From a virus, in IMG/VR virus record IMGVR_UViG_3300049218_000313, positions 51,161 to 115,160 of that record: a DNA stretch of 64,000 bases; one strand, given 5' to 3'. Position numbers and translations under genes: made by a program. The notes under the pieces are model-generated. The model was not told where the DNA came from. It saw only the letters and a program-made list of their open reading frames with translations, and searched no databases. Of this stretch, positions 23,363 through 32,934 are shown in pieces (positions within the stretch are counted from its first letter, which is position 1; each line of letters begins with the position of its first letter).

Positions 23363-26230
23363 TCACGCCAGGGGCGAGTAGCGCCAAGAGCGGAACGAGC
23401 GGAGGTGTCCGAGAGCTCCCGCGACACTCTCGTACTCCGTGTTGTCGAACGTGACCTGGTAGACGTAGTTCCCCAGTGGCACGAGCATGGGATGCGGCGC
23501 ATATCCGTTCGCGACCGCCAGGTTGGAGTAGACGCCCTGGTAGGTCATCGTCAGATCGTAGACGCGCGCCTGCGAAGTCGCGGCAGACGCCCACAACAGC
23601 CAGTACTGACCGTCCAGGTAGACCGCCCTGCTCCCCTCGTAGGTGACGGCCGTTGTGTCCGACGCGACCGCGGCCCAGGTGCCTCCCGGACTCGAGGACG
23701 AAGCGAGCGCGGGGTAGAAGGCGCTCGAGGTGCTCGGAGCGAGTACGTAGGCCAGCCACCACGTCGAGCCGTCGAAGAAGCAGTACGGGTCGTAAGAGCC
23801 GATGCTCCCGGACGTGCCAGGCAAGCTGGGAGTCGTCACGGAGTTCACGACATGCGCGCCCGACAGAAGGTTCAGCGCGGTCTCGTGCTTGTAGAGGATG
23901 TTGATGTACGGCCCACCAGAGCCCACCTCGGTGTTGGCCCAGGACGAGATGAAGAAGTAGAAGCCCCCGCTGCCGTCCTCGATGATGTGCGCTGCGTTGT
24001 CGTTTTGGATGACGCCGAGGGTCGCGGTAGTAGCGCCCGTGGTCCCGGTATATGCCGTCGTCAGCGTGATGGACCCGGACGACACGCTCTGAACGACGTA
24101 GTACACGCCCGGCTGAGCAGCGAACTGCACGACCGAGTTCTGGAACAGAATGCCCACCTGAGAGGTGCTCGTAGTCACACTCGTGGACGCAGCGGTCGTG
24201 AACGTCCCAGACAGCGAAGCACTCGTGCTCGGCGCAGTGCCTGCCGCCGTGATGCGGTCGACCATGATGGCCCCGACCTGCGTCAGTGTTCTGGCAACGA
24301 GGTCGTAGGTGAACACGCCACAGTACGCGGACGCGCCAGGGTCGGTCGCCGTGGCTGTCAGCCACACCTGGTTGCCGCTAAGAACGGGGGAACCGCTGGC
24401 AGCAGAGACGACGCACGTGTCGCGCAGACCGCTTGCACCGAAGCTGCCGACCTTGAAGTTCGAGAACGACACCGTGAGGGCGGCACCGTTGTTGGGGAAG
24501 TAAGCGGCGGCCCACGATCCGTACCAAGTGTTGGCGACCACGGAACCGTACGTGCGGAAGTCGTAGTGCGAGCTCAGACCGGCTGTGCTGATGGCTGTCC
24601 ACGTGCCGCCGGACGGGCAGTACCAGATCGTCGCGTTGTCGCCGACGAGCGAGAAGCCGAGGTCGAACGGTGGAGTCCACGAAACGCTGACCTGGGCGAT
24701 GCCGTCGGTGCTCGTGCCAGCGATCTTGATGTGGATGCGTACGTACCCAGAGTTCTGCCTCCAGGTCGCGTAGCAGTAGTTGTTCGAGTCCTTCGCGATG
24801 CCGACCGAGTAGTCCTCGTAGGTGCTGCCGCCTGTGTTGCTCGCCGCGGCGATGTGGATCGTGGCGCAGACCTGCGGCATCCCGATAGGGGCGCCCTCGA
24901 GCATCAGGTTGTTGTACTGGGTGGACCCGTCACCCGTCTGGGTGAAGGTGAACTCAGAGCTGACGACCGTCGCCGTGTTCGGCACGCCCTCCGAGACCAT
25001 CGTCCAAGGTGCGTAGGCCCCCTGCGTGGCCGCGCTTGTGTACCCGGTGTACTGGCTGGCCAGTGTGATGGTCGTAGAAGTGACGCTCTGAACCTGGTAC
25101 CAGACGAACGCCTGCGTCTGGAAAGCAATCGAGCTGCCCGCCTTCAGCACCGAGGTCTGGTCTACCGTTGTAGTGACCGTCGTAGAGCTGTTGGTCACAG
25201 AGAAGGTCCCAGATAGCGCAGGCGCCGTGAAGGCACTCTCGGTGAACGACTCGGTCAGGTACACCAGGCTGGGAGGCTGGATGCCCACGCCCGTGGCCAG
25301 CAGAGGATCGATGTTCGCGACCTCGTGCGGGTTCAGGTCGACAGGGTTGTTCTCTTGCGCACTGCTGGTAGCCCCGAACTCCCAGTCAGAGCCCGTCCAC
25401 TGCAGTGCTCCCGCCGAGAGCCCAGGCAGAGGCTGTCCCAGAATGCCGATGACTTCCTGGTCGGTGCTCGAGCCGAAGAGGTCACCGTTTGCGATGAAGC
25501 CACTCGGACCCGACGAAAAGACCCACGCGGTGCCGTTGTACGTGAGGTAGCCCTCGGTGAGCGTCGGCAGTGCGTGGCGGAGGAGCCCCGTGACTTCCCA
25601 AGAGAATGTCGTGCCCCCGAGGTCACCCCCGGCCGAAACCTCCTGGTAGGTCCAGAAGGAGCCTGTGTACGTGAGGCAGCCGAGGCCGAGCGTACCTGGT
25701 AGCGGCTCCCCCAGGATGCCAACGACTTCCTGCGAGGTGGACGTTCCGCTCAAGTCCCCGCCGGGCGTGAACGACGACCCGCCGAGGTTCGCCAGTATGT
25801 CGGCGAGTATGAACTCGAGCGCAGCGGACCAGCCACGCACGTTGCCTTCCATGTTGTCTTCGGCTGGCAGTTCACCGACACCCGGGATGCGCCAGCCGCG
25901 GTTCACCAGGGTGCCCGTGTTGTTGTAGCGAACGGCCGCGACGAGAACCTGCACATTGCCAGGGCCGCCGCCGCTCGTGGCGAGCTGCACGCGGTAGGTG
26001 CCCGCCAGGTCCGGGGTGAAGGTGGCGCTCGACTCGTTCGCGTCAGCTAGCACCGCGGCGCTGCCTGCCGGGATGCTCAAGAACTCCCACGCGTAGGAGA
26101 TGTTGCCGCTCGTCGTGCAGCGACAAGTAACCTCCCAGGAAAGCCACAGGTCGTCGCGCGCGATGCCCGGCGAGCCGTAGGACGGCGTCGAGGGGCGTGC
26201 CTGGTCAAAGGCAATGATGGCACCGGGCAT
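23363..26230 (-). CDS. Multi-domain receptor-binding fibre (955 aa)
   Basis: N-terminal PKD-like segment (YAWEFLSIPAGS...FTPDLAGTY), three GGDL-x-G repeats, duplicated beta module, ConA-like middle and propeller-like C-terminus. Confidence 0.65.
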   Translation of the reverse strand: MPGAIIAFDQARPSTPSYGSPGIARDDLWLSWEVTCRCTTSGNISYAWEFLSIPAGSAAVLADANESSATFTPDLAGTYRVQLATSGGGPGNVQVLVAAVRYNNTGTLVNRGWRIPGVGELPAEDNMEGNVRGWSAALEFILADILANLGGSSFTPGGDLSGTSTSQEVVGILGEPLPGTLGLGCLTYTGSFWTYQEVSAGGDLGGTTFSWEVTGLLRHALPTLTEGYLTYNGTAWVFSSGPSGFIANGDLFGSSTDQEVIGILGQPLPGLSAGALQWTGSDWEFGATSSAQENNPVDLNPHEVANIDPLLATGVGIQPPSLVYLTESFTESAFTAPALSGTFSVTNSSTTVTTTVDQTSVLKAGSSIAFQTQAFVWYQVQSVTSTTITLASQYTGYTSAATQGAYAPWTMVSEGVPNTATVVSSEFTFTQTGDGSTQYNNLMLEGAPIGMPQVCATIHIAAASNTGGSTYEDYSVGIAKDSNNYCYATWRQNSGYVRIHIKIAGTSTDGIAQVSVSWTPPFDLGFSLVGDNATIWYCPSGGTWTAISTAGLSSHYDFRTYGSVVANTWYGSWAAAYFPNNGAALTVSFSNFKVGSFGASGLRDTCVVSAASGSPVLSGNQVWLTATATDPGASAYCGVFTYDLVARTLTQVGAIMVDRITAAGTAPSTSASLSGTFTTAASTSVTTSTSQVGILFQNSVVQFAAQPGVYYVVQSVSSGSITLTTAYTGTTGATTATLGVIQNDNAAHIIEDGSGGFYFFISSWANTEVGSGGPYINILYKHETALNLLSGAHVVNSVTTPSLPGTSGSIGSYDPYCFFDGSTWWLAYVLAPSTSSAFYPALASSSSPGGTWAAVASDTTAVTYEGSRAVYLDGQYWLLWASAATSQARVYDLTMTYQGVYSNLAVANGYAPHPMLVPLGNYVYQVTFDNTEYESVAGALGHLRSFRSWRYSPLA

Positions 26231-26237
26231 TGTTGTC

Positions 26238-26258
26238 CTCTTATACTCGCTGCTCTAG
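26238..26258 (-). promoter_or_regulatory. ATAAG-type motif upstream of the 955-aa fibre
   Basis: CTAG-N9-TATAAGAG; lacks the upstream AAR and partly overlaps the RBS. Confidence 0.4.
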
Positions 26259-26267
26259 GTTCTGAGA

Positions 26268-26546
26268 ATGGTCATCAAGCCCATGGATCCAGCGCTCGTG
26301 CTGAAGGCGGTAGAAGGCTACCAGAACGAGCTCGCCCCGGAGGCCAAGGCGCTCGAGGCGTTCTACCGGCAGTTCGTGTGCACGCACTGCGGGGGGCCAT
26401 GCCGCAAGGAGTTCGTCCGCGGGCACGTCTTCTCGGACCCCGACGTGGCGGTACCGCGCGCGTGCTTGCGTTGTACTTCCTGCGGACTGTTGTTCGATCC
26501 CCACTCGGGTCTCCTTGTCGAAGGGCCTACGTCAAGGTCCGAGTAA
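26268..26546 (+). CDS. Zn-ribbon protein antisense to the tail operon
   Basis: CTHCGG...CLRCTSCG; GC3-rich; fills the gap between fibre and baseplate J genes. Confidence 0.7.
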   Translation: MVIKPMDPALVLKAVEGYQNELAPEAKALEAFYRQFVCTHCGGPCRKEFVRGHVFSDPDVAVPRACLRCTSCGLLFDPHSGLLVEGPTSRSE

Positions 26547-29500
26547 CCAGCAGTACGTCGGGGATGAAGGCAGCCAGCGAGCCCGTGTTGAGCGAGTCCT
26601 GGCTGCGCTCGACCGTGATGGTGCGGTCGAAGTTGTGGATGACCGCCAGCAGCGTGATGGGGTTCTGGATGGAGATGGCCCCGCGGTTGTAGGCCAGCTG
26701 GTTGAGCTCACTGGCGTCCAGCGTCTGGGCGGGCTCGAGCCCGTTGATGTACGTCTGGATGTCCGACGTGAGAAGGCTCTCGGCGGAGCCGCCCGCGTAC
26801 GTCAGCGAGAACCGCACGAAGTACGGGATGAGGTGGCGCGCGAGCGGGCTCTCGTTGATGACGCGCTCGGTGTCGCTGCGGATGTAGTTGTCGACGTTGG
26901 CCACAGTGTTGCTGCGGTCGTAGTTGACCTGTAGGTTCTGCCCCGGCAGCAGTGTGGCATTGGAGGGGTCGTCACTCGTACCCACCTCGAGGATGGACGT
27001 CGAGATGTGCAACTTGGGCTTCTCGACCGGCGAGAAGGTGAGGTTCGGGTCGTCGGTGGTCAGGTAGTAACCGTCGGACTGGAAGCCCTTGACGGTCATC
27101 TGAAGGTCGGCGCCGATGTTGTACGAATCGCCGGTACCCTGCGAGATTAGCTCGACGTCGAAATAGTAGAGGTTGGCCGTCTCGACCTGCGTGGACATCG
27201 TGGTCGAAACAATGCGCTGAACACCCGCACGCAGCACCTGGAACTGCTGGATGGCCTGGCCGTCATCCGCCGTGGAGGCGAAAGAAGTGAGGTAGGGCGC
27301 CGGCGCGTCGGGGTCGATGACGACCTGGTGCACGTCGCCAGCCGGGCCCACCATGTCGATCTGGTAGGTGCCCTTGATGGGCGAATTGTTGCTCTGGTCG
27401 ACGCCCGCCACCAAAGAGAAGCCCAGGAGTGCATTGGCGCTGTTCGACGCGCTCGAGCCACGCACGATGATCTCGACGTCCGCCTGGAACTCGAGGTAGG
27501 CGGGCGTGCCCGTGCTGAGAGAGCAGACCGTCTGGCCGACGACCTCGTTGATCTGGTTGACGAGCCCCGTCGTTGTGACGTCCGTCGAAGGGATGGAGCT
27601 CGAGTCGTTGACGAAGATGATGTTCTTGTCGACTCCACCACCCACGTTCAGAGTGATGATCTTGGTGGCCAGCATGGAGACAGAATTGCCCAGCGCCACG
27701 GTGCCCAGCAGCGGGACGTAGTCGATGACCAGAAGGTCGCCCTTCTGAATGCCCTGAGCGATGAAGTCGGTCGAAAGCGACTCGAAGTACAGGTCCGACG
27801 GCAGCGCTCCGTTCACGTTCCCATCAGTGGGCTGCGTGCCGCTCGGCAACGACGGGATGCGCTGGTAGTTGTTCGTCGGGTCGGGAATATAGTTGTACTC
27901 GGAGCCGTCCAGCGCCGTGTAGGTGAAGAGTGTGTTCGAGTCGACCTGGAAGCTGGTCGGGTCCATGAAGTAGCAGCGCGCGGTGCCGAGCGAGCGGGAA
28001 CCGACCTGGATGTGCCGTGAGACCTCTGGGCTGAAATCGTTCTTGGTCCGCAGCGGGTCGTACTTCGTGTCGTTGTACGGAGCGTTGGGGACGGTGAGCC
28101 CGTCGTAGAAGCCAATCTGGTTGCCGTCGAGCACCTGGGCAACGTCGAAGACTGTGTCGAGCGCGGGACGGAGTGAAGCCCATCCACCACCACTGCTCGC
28201 GGTATCGATCTGCGACGCGCCAGGATCGCCAGAGCGGATGTCCCTTGAGGTGTAGTTGGTGACGCCGTCGTCGTAGCCGAAGAGGGTCGCGAGGGCGCTG
28301 CCCACAACACCGGCGTAGACCGTGGTGTTCGTGTCGATGGGCAGGATGCCCATGCGCTCCCCATCAGGGGTCACAACGGCCAGGCGCGAGATGCCCGTAG
28401 CCAGGAAGGCCGCCGAGTTGACCTGGTTGACGACGTCCGCGATGAAGAGCAGCCCCGCGGTGAGGGTGACGATGATGGGTGACGAGAGCCCGTCCCAGCC
28501 GATATGCAGCACGTTACGGCCGGACACGATGGTCACGCCCGTGGGGAAGGGCCGCGAGACGATACCGAGGATGCCGTCGTCGATGTCGGCCTTGACGCCG
28601 TGCGCTGAGTTCGCGAAGCCCTGTGACTCCACGTCGATGGGGTTGGCGTAGGGGATGGTGGTGCCGACAGGCTGCCCAGACGTGTCCAGCAGGTCGATGC
28701 TGTCAATGCGGATGAAGGGCAGGTCGAGTCCGCCAGCGGGGTTGGGCGTGAAGATGTAGTAGGACAGGTCGTTGGCCGAAGCGGGTAGCGACGGCGTAAC
28801 CTGCAGGCGAGTGTAAAAGGGCGCCAGCGGCGCTGCGGTCACCACGTAGTCGCCGGCGACCGGCCCGTTGGTGATGCGCACCACGTCGTTGACCCCTACG
28901 CCGTAGTTCTGGAAGTCAGTCCCGCCGTTGGTGGTGAGCGTCGACTGCCCAAGCACGGAGCTCATGTCGGAGCCAGAGACTTTCGTGTCCTTAGGCTCGA
29001 CCAGGTCGATGAAGATCTCCGCGCTGATGCGCCAGCGGAAGGTGCCGGGGAGGTACGTGAACGCCGGAGAGACGACGAGAATGGGAGAAGAACCGTTGAC
29101 CTGCACGACCTCGAGGATGCGGTAGGGGCCTGCGTTCGGGGGGTCGAGGATCTGCAGCGTGTAGCCGTAGAGGGGCGCGTCGTTGATGGCCTGCCACGTG
29201 GGGTCGTTCTCGGAGTAGCCACCAGGCACCCCCATGGTGAAGTCCAGCAGCTGCACGACCTGGTTATCGGGGTACGGCGGGTCGGAGGCCTCGAAGGCCA
29301 GCTTAGTGCCCGCGAGAAGAGGCTGGTCGTCGACGATGTCGCTGAGCACGAGCGAGTCCGAATCGAGCGCGGACGCGCGCACGTAGACGTCGGTGCAGCC
29401 GCCGATGTGGATCTCGTTGCTCGGGACCGTGACCGTGCCGTCCGGCTGGTTGGGGTAGAGAATGCCCCCGGGGATGTTCGACAGCGACAACGAAACCGCG

Positions 29501-30648
29501 CGCAGTGTCCAGACGCAGTTCGCGGCCTGGTAGCTGATGAACTGGTCCTCGAGGTCGAGCGTCTGTGCGTCGACAACCGCGATGACGTTGATGTCGCGAA
29601 CCAGCGGCACCGAGAAGGTGGGGTACGCATTGGCCAGCGTCAGGACGAAGCCCTTGATGGGCGTCTGTGTCGGGCCGATGAGCTGCGTGAAGTCGATGCC
29701 CGGGTCCGTGGTGTGCACCCGGCGGGTCAGGACCATGTCCTCGCCGTCGGCCTGTGCCGACATGAGCGTGCCGGCGCCCAGAATGGGGCCCAGGCCACCG
29801 CCGGTGAGGATGTCGCGCTGCATCTCGGGGTCGTTGAAGCCCCGGACGTTGATCTGGGTTACGTCGGAGAAGTCGTTGGTGATCTGAGCGACGACGCCCG
29901 CCACGGTGACCAGCGACCGCTCGGTGAGCTCCTGCTCGACCCTGTCGATGAACTCGACGGCCGTCTCGGCGTCCACACCCGTCGAGAAGCGGGACTTGTT
30001 GGTGATGCGCGTGGCGCTGGCCACGTTCGCGATGGTCACCACATCATCCGGGCCGATGTTGTACTGGTCACCAGCAGCTTCGGCGACGACGTTGATGTCG
30101 AAGAAGTAGAGCGTCCCCTCGAGGTTCAGGAGCATCTCGGCGACGCTTATGCCCTGCACCTCGGTCGGGTAGAAGTGCAGGCCCTCCTGGGTCGTGACGA
30201 AGTTGGCCGGAGTGATGGAGATGTCCTGGGGCTGGGCGAAGTAGATGCGCACCACACCCGTGGCCAGGTTGCCAGTCTCTCGGGTCGCGAAGAGGTTTGC
30301 CCCGAGCGCATCCGCTTCATCGGTCGTGAGGACGGTTGGGTCCTGGAACGACTGCGCGTTGGCCACGCGCGTGATTTCCCGAACGATGGGGTTCCACAAC
30401 ACGATGGCCGCCTTGATGAGCAAGTCGGTGATCGCGTCACCCTCTTTCGTGGGCATCTGCGGGAAGTTCTGGTTGAGCAGCGTCTGGATGAACTGCCCGA
30501 TGTCGACCGTGAAGGGGTCGGTGCCAAGCCGCGCGAGGATGGGCTGTACGACCTGGACGTCGTAGGGGGAGCCCGGCGTCAGGTCGAGCGAAGAATCGAC
30601 GTTGCCGAGGCACTGGATGATGAAGGCTTGGAGGTCGGCAAGGGCCAT
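26527..30648 (-). CDS. Baseplate J / gp6-like wedge protein with large insertions (1373 aa)
   Basis: ATGVVRIYF...NFVTT.EGLHF...VVAEAAGDQYNI...ITNKSRFSTGVDAETAVEFIDR pattern of baseplate J. Confidence 0.8.
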   Translation of the reverse strand: MALADLQAFIIQCLGNVDSSLDLTPGSPYDVQVVQPILARLGTDPFTVDIGQFIQTLLNQNFPQMPTKEGDAITDLLIKAAIVLWNPIVREITRVANAQSFQDPTVLTTDEADALGANLFATRETGNLATGVVRIYFAQPQDISITPANFVTTQEGLHFYPTEVQGISVAEMLLNLEGTLYFFDINVVAEAAGDQYNIGPDDVVTIANVASATRITNKSRFSTGVDAETAVEFIDRVEQELTERSLVTVAGVVAQITNDFSDVTQINVRGFNDPEMQRDILTGGGLGPILGAGTLMSAQADGEDMVLTRRVHTTDPGIDFTQLIGPTQTPIKGFVLTLANAYPTFSVPLVRDINVIAVVDAQTLDLEDQFISYQAANCVWTLRAVSLSLSNIPGGILYPNQPDGTVTVPSNEIHIGGCTDVYVRASALDSDSLVLSDIVDDQPLLAGTKLAFEASDPPYPDNQVVQLLDFTMGVPGGYSENDPTWQAINDAPLYGYTLQILDPPNAGPYRILEVVQVNGSSPILVVSPAFTYLPGTFRWRISAEIFIDLVEPKDTKVSGSDMSSVLGQSTLTTNGGTDFQNYGVGVNDVVRITNGPVAGDYVVTAAPLAPFYTRLQVTPSLPASANDLSYYIFTPNPAGGLDLPFIRIDSIDLLDTSGQPVGTTIPYANPIDVESQGFANSAHGVKADIDDGILGIVSRPFPTGVTIVSGRNVLHIGWDGLSSPIIVTLTAGLLFIADVVNQVNSAAFLATGISRLAVVTPDGERMGILPIDTNTTVYAGVVGSALATLFGYDDGVTNYTSRDIRSGDPGASQIDTASSGGGWASLRPALDTVFDVAQVLDGNQIGFYDGLTVPNAPYNDTKYDPLRTKNDFSPEVSRHIQVGSRSLGTARCYFMDPTSFQVDSNTLFTYTALDGSEYNYIPDPTNNYQRIPSLPSGTQPTDGNVNGALPSDLYFESLSTDFIAQGIQKGDLLVIDYVPLLGTVALGNSVSMLATKIITLNVGGGVDKNIIFVNDSSSIPSTDVTTTGLVNQINEVVGQTVCSLSTGTPAYLEFQADVEIIVRGSSASNSANALLGFSLVAGVDQSNNSPIKGTYQIDMVGPAGDVHQVVIDPDAPAPYLTSFASTADDGQAIQQFQVLRAGVQRIVSTTMSTQVETANLYYFDVELISQGTGDSYNIGADLQMTVKGFQSDGYYLTTDDPNLTFSPVEKPKLHISTSILEVGTSDDPSNATLLPGQNLQVNYDRSNTVANVDNYIRSDTERVINESPLARHLIPYFVRFSLTYAGGSAESLLTSDIQTYINGLEPAQTLDASELNQLAYNRGAISIQNPITLLAVIHNFDRTITVERSQDSLNTGSLAAFIPDVLLVTRTLT

Positions 30649-30654
30649 TGGGGG

Positions 30655-31311
30655 CTACACCATGATGTTCGCGATGGCCGAACGGCCGGCCTGGGACGTG
30701 AGCTCGATGGAGACTACCAGGGCCCCCTCGTTGCTGTTGTACGCCGCCGAGCTCACGGTTGCAGCAAGAAGGCGCTCGTCACGGGGTATCGACGGGTCGC
30801 GGGACTGGATGGCCGTGATCTGCCGGCTCGTCGTGTCGACCGCCACGATGATGTCGCTCACGATTGTACCGCCCTGGTCAGCGCCGAAAGTCAGGCCGAT
30901 GTCCTTCAGGGCGTTGCCCCCGATCTTCGGCGCGAAGATGTCGCGACCAGGCGTGGTGAGCAGAATCTTCAGGAAGATCTGCATCAGCCGCAGAATCCCC
31001 GAGACCTTGCTGGCCACGGGGCCGACCTGGAACTTGATGACGCTCCTGGGGCTGATGGCGAGGTTGCGCGAGACGACCTGTACCGAGGTCAGGGTCACCA
31101 GCGTTAGCTGCACCGGCACCTGGGCCAGAAGCACGGTCTTCGAGAGGATGACGACGTCGGGCGAGGCGATGTCGTTGATGAGGACCTGGTCGACAGCCGT
31201 GAAGTCCAGCCCGGTCACGCGGATGGTGCGAGGCGTCATGCCCTGAACAATCGACACCGCGGAAAGCGGCACGGCCGACTGGGGAAACACCACCTGGAAG
31301 TCGACCGACAA
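30655..31311 (-). CDS. gp25/gpW-like baseplate protein with N-terminal IPT-like domain
   Basis: TIRVTGLDF...VLIND (IPT-like); LMQIFLKILLTTPGRDIFAPKIGG (gp25-like); GAGGAGG RBS, GTG start. Confidence 0.7.
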   Translation of the reverse strand: MSVDFQVVFPQSAVPLSAVSIVQGMTPRTIRVTGLDFTAVDQVLINDIASPDVVILSKTVLLAQVPVQLTLVTLTSVQVVSRNLAISPRSVIKFQVGPVASKVSGILRLMQIFLKILLTTPGRDIFAPKIGGNALKDIGLTFGADQGGTIVSDIIVAVDTTSRQITAIQSRDPSIPRDERLLAATVSSAAYNSNEGALVVSIELTSQAGRSAIANIMV

Positions 31312-31353
31312 GTTGCCTCCTCGAGTACTGCTGCACAGTCTACAGCCAGACGC

Positions 31354-31389
31354 TAAGAAAGCAGAGACCCGGCTTCAGCCGGGCCCCCT
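31354..31389 (-). terminator. Intrinsic terminator closing the accessory block
   Basis: GGGGCCCGGC-TGAA-GCCGGGTCTC followed by TGCTTTCTTAGC. Confidence 0.7.
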
Positions 31390-31392
31390 TTG

Positions 31393-31458
31393 CTACGTGC
31401 TGGCCGCGAGGTAGGCGGTCAGCGGCTTGAGCGCTTCTCGGACTTCTTCGTCACTCAT
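31393..31458 (-). CDS. Putative 21-aa peptide MSDEEVREALKPLTAYLAAST
   Basis: TGATG overlap with the upstream stop; ends at the terminator. Confidence 0.35.
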   Translation of the reverse strand: MSDEEVREALKPLTAYLAAST

Positions 31459-32144
31459 CAGCCCACCTGCTCTGCACTTGAGTGGACACCGTCTCGGAGG
31501 AGGACAGCGCGGGTGTAGTCGTACTGCCAGCCAGTGATGTGCTGCTCTTGCGCCCAGACGGTGAGGTAGGCCTGCAGCCGTTTTCGAGCGTCATCGGTGA
31601 TTCCCTCCCCTGCGTTCTCGTACATCTCCTGCCGCTCGAGCTCATGCTCGAGGATGTTCTCTGCATTCAGCGTGAAGGGGTGCGGCGTGCACGCCCAGAC
31701 GTACTCGGGGACGCTGACACCCTCGTCCTCGCAGTAGTCGAGGACCTCGTCGATGCCGCTGAAGTAGCCGTCGCCGAGGCCGTCGCCGAGGCCGCCCTCG
31801 TGGCCTTCCCAGTAGACCGGGCCCTCGTAGTCTTCCATGACGAGCTTCACGGCTTTGTCGTAGCGGGCCTTCTCCTTCTCGATCGCGACGGCCGCACGGC
31901 ACTCCTTGCAGCGCAAGTAGTAGTGGTAATCGAGCGGCTTACCGCAGACGCAGTTCTGCACACAGTGCGCGGCCGCGTCTTGCATCTTGCGCTTGCGGTC
32001 CTTCTCCGTGTCCCTGGCGCCCAAGATGAAGAGCAGGCCGCACTTGGGACAAGCCCAGGCCACCAGGCGGTCCTCGATCTTGAGGACCACCTCGAGGGGC
32101 TCTGGAAGCGTGGCGGGGGGCAAAGTATCGTCGGGCTGGGTCAT
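31458..32144 (-). CDS. Hypothetical Zn-finger protein
   Basis: ACPKCG, CVQNCVCG, RCKEC; acidic C-terminal domain. Confidence 0.75.
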   Translation of the reverse strand: MTQPDDTLPPATLPEPLEVVLKIEDRLVAWACPKCGLLFILGARDTEKDRKRKMQDAAAHCVQNCVCGKPLDYHYYLRCKECRAAVAIEKEKARYDKAVKLVMEDYEGPVYWEGHEGGLGDGLGDGYFSGIDEVLDYCEDEGVSVPEYVWACTPHPFTLNAENILEHELERQEMYENAGEGITDDARKRLQAYLTVWAQEQHITGWQYDYTRAVLLRDGVHSSAEQVG

Positions 32145-32152
32145 CGTTGTGC

Positions 32153-32341
32153 TCAGAGGGGCTTGTCGTGTGGCGTTGCAGTCGCTTCGATACGGCCGTC
32201 GACCTTCTCGAAGCTCGGGACGTCGAGCGTGAAGGAGTAGACCCGCGCACCCGGCTTCTTCTGGTAGTCGGTCGGCTCGGTGTGCGAGAAGTACGGGCGG
32301 TCGGCACCCGGCTCCATGATGAGGAAGGCCTGAACTTTCAT
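32153..32341 (-). CDS. Hypothetical protein (62 aa)
   Basis: ATG overlaps the rnhB stop; GC3-rich. Confidence 0.65.
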   Translation of the reverse strand: MKVQAFLIMEPGADRPYFSHTEPTDYQKKPGARVYSFTLDVPSFEKVDGRIEATATPHDKPL

Positions 32342-32934
32342 GCGATCTCCAAGAACTTCTTGATGGGGCGGTAGCTGCGGCGATGCAGCGCGCAAACGCC
32401 GTGCTGCTCCAGCCCGTGCGTATGGGAAGCAACGCCGTACCCGACGTTCTTGTCGAAGCCGTAGTGCGGATACTGCTGGTGGTACTGGCGCATGACGTAG
32501 TCTCGGTGGGTCTTGGCGACGATGCTCGCAGCACTGACGGCAGGGAAGATGGAGTCGGCCCTCGGCACGCAGCGAGCCATCAGCAGACCGGGAGGACGCA
32601 GGATACCGTCGATGATGACGGTAGCCAACGGGAAGCTCTCCTGCATCGTGCGAATGGCCGCCGAGTGCGCCTCGAGCAGTGCTGTCTTCACCCCGACCCG
32701 GTCGATGTAGTCGTTGCTGGCCGAGATCAAGGAGAACGGCATTCCCTCGAGGAGCGCGTAGACGGCCACGCGCTCCTCGTGCGTGAGCCTCTTCGAATCG
32801 TCGAGCCCCTCAGGGGGCGTCCACGTGGTGGGCGCACAGAACGCGCACACGACGAGCGGACCGGCCCAAGCGCCGTACCCGACTTCGTCGCTGCCGATGA
32901 TGTACGCGGGCTCAAGCCGGCGAGTTGACGTCAC
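32338..32934 (-). CDS. rnhB: Ribonuclease HII
   Basis: GSDEVGYGAWAGPLVVCA, DDSKRL, IIDG, VSAASIVAKTHRD, GFDKNVGYG, HRRSY. Confidence 0.92.
   Translation of the reverse strand: MTSTRRLEPAYIIGSDEVGYGAWAGPLVVCAFCAPTTWTPPEGLDDSKRLTHEERVAVYALLEGMPFSLISASNDYIDRVGVKTALLEAHSAAIRTMQESFPLATVIIDGILRPPGLLMARCVPRADSIFPAVSAASIVAKTHRDYVMRQYHQQYPHYGFDKNVGYGVASHTHGLEQHGVCALHRRSYRPIKKFLEIA

Noticed and set aside
15245-26230. Diversity-generating retroelement or invertible fibre switch
   Set aside because: No reverse transcriptase, no recombinase/invertase, no near-identical TR/VR pair and no flanking inverted repeats visible in this window
30140-30180. GGGCATAAG inside baseplate J as a promoter copy
   Set aside because: Coding (QGIS), lacks the upstream AAR element and has no downstream gene start
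22730-31107. Long + strand ORFs (828 aa at 22730, 566 aa at 29407) and similar ones at 13988, 15251 and 51423
   Set aside because: Arg/Gly/His-rich shadow frames opposite GC3-biased real genes
18764-31311. Extracellular contractile injection system or tailocin instead of a phage
   Set aside because: Surrounded by recombination, nucleotide-metabolism, helicase, lysis and dozens of phage-type small genes
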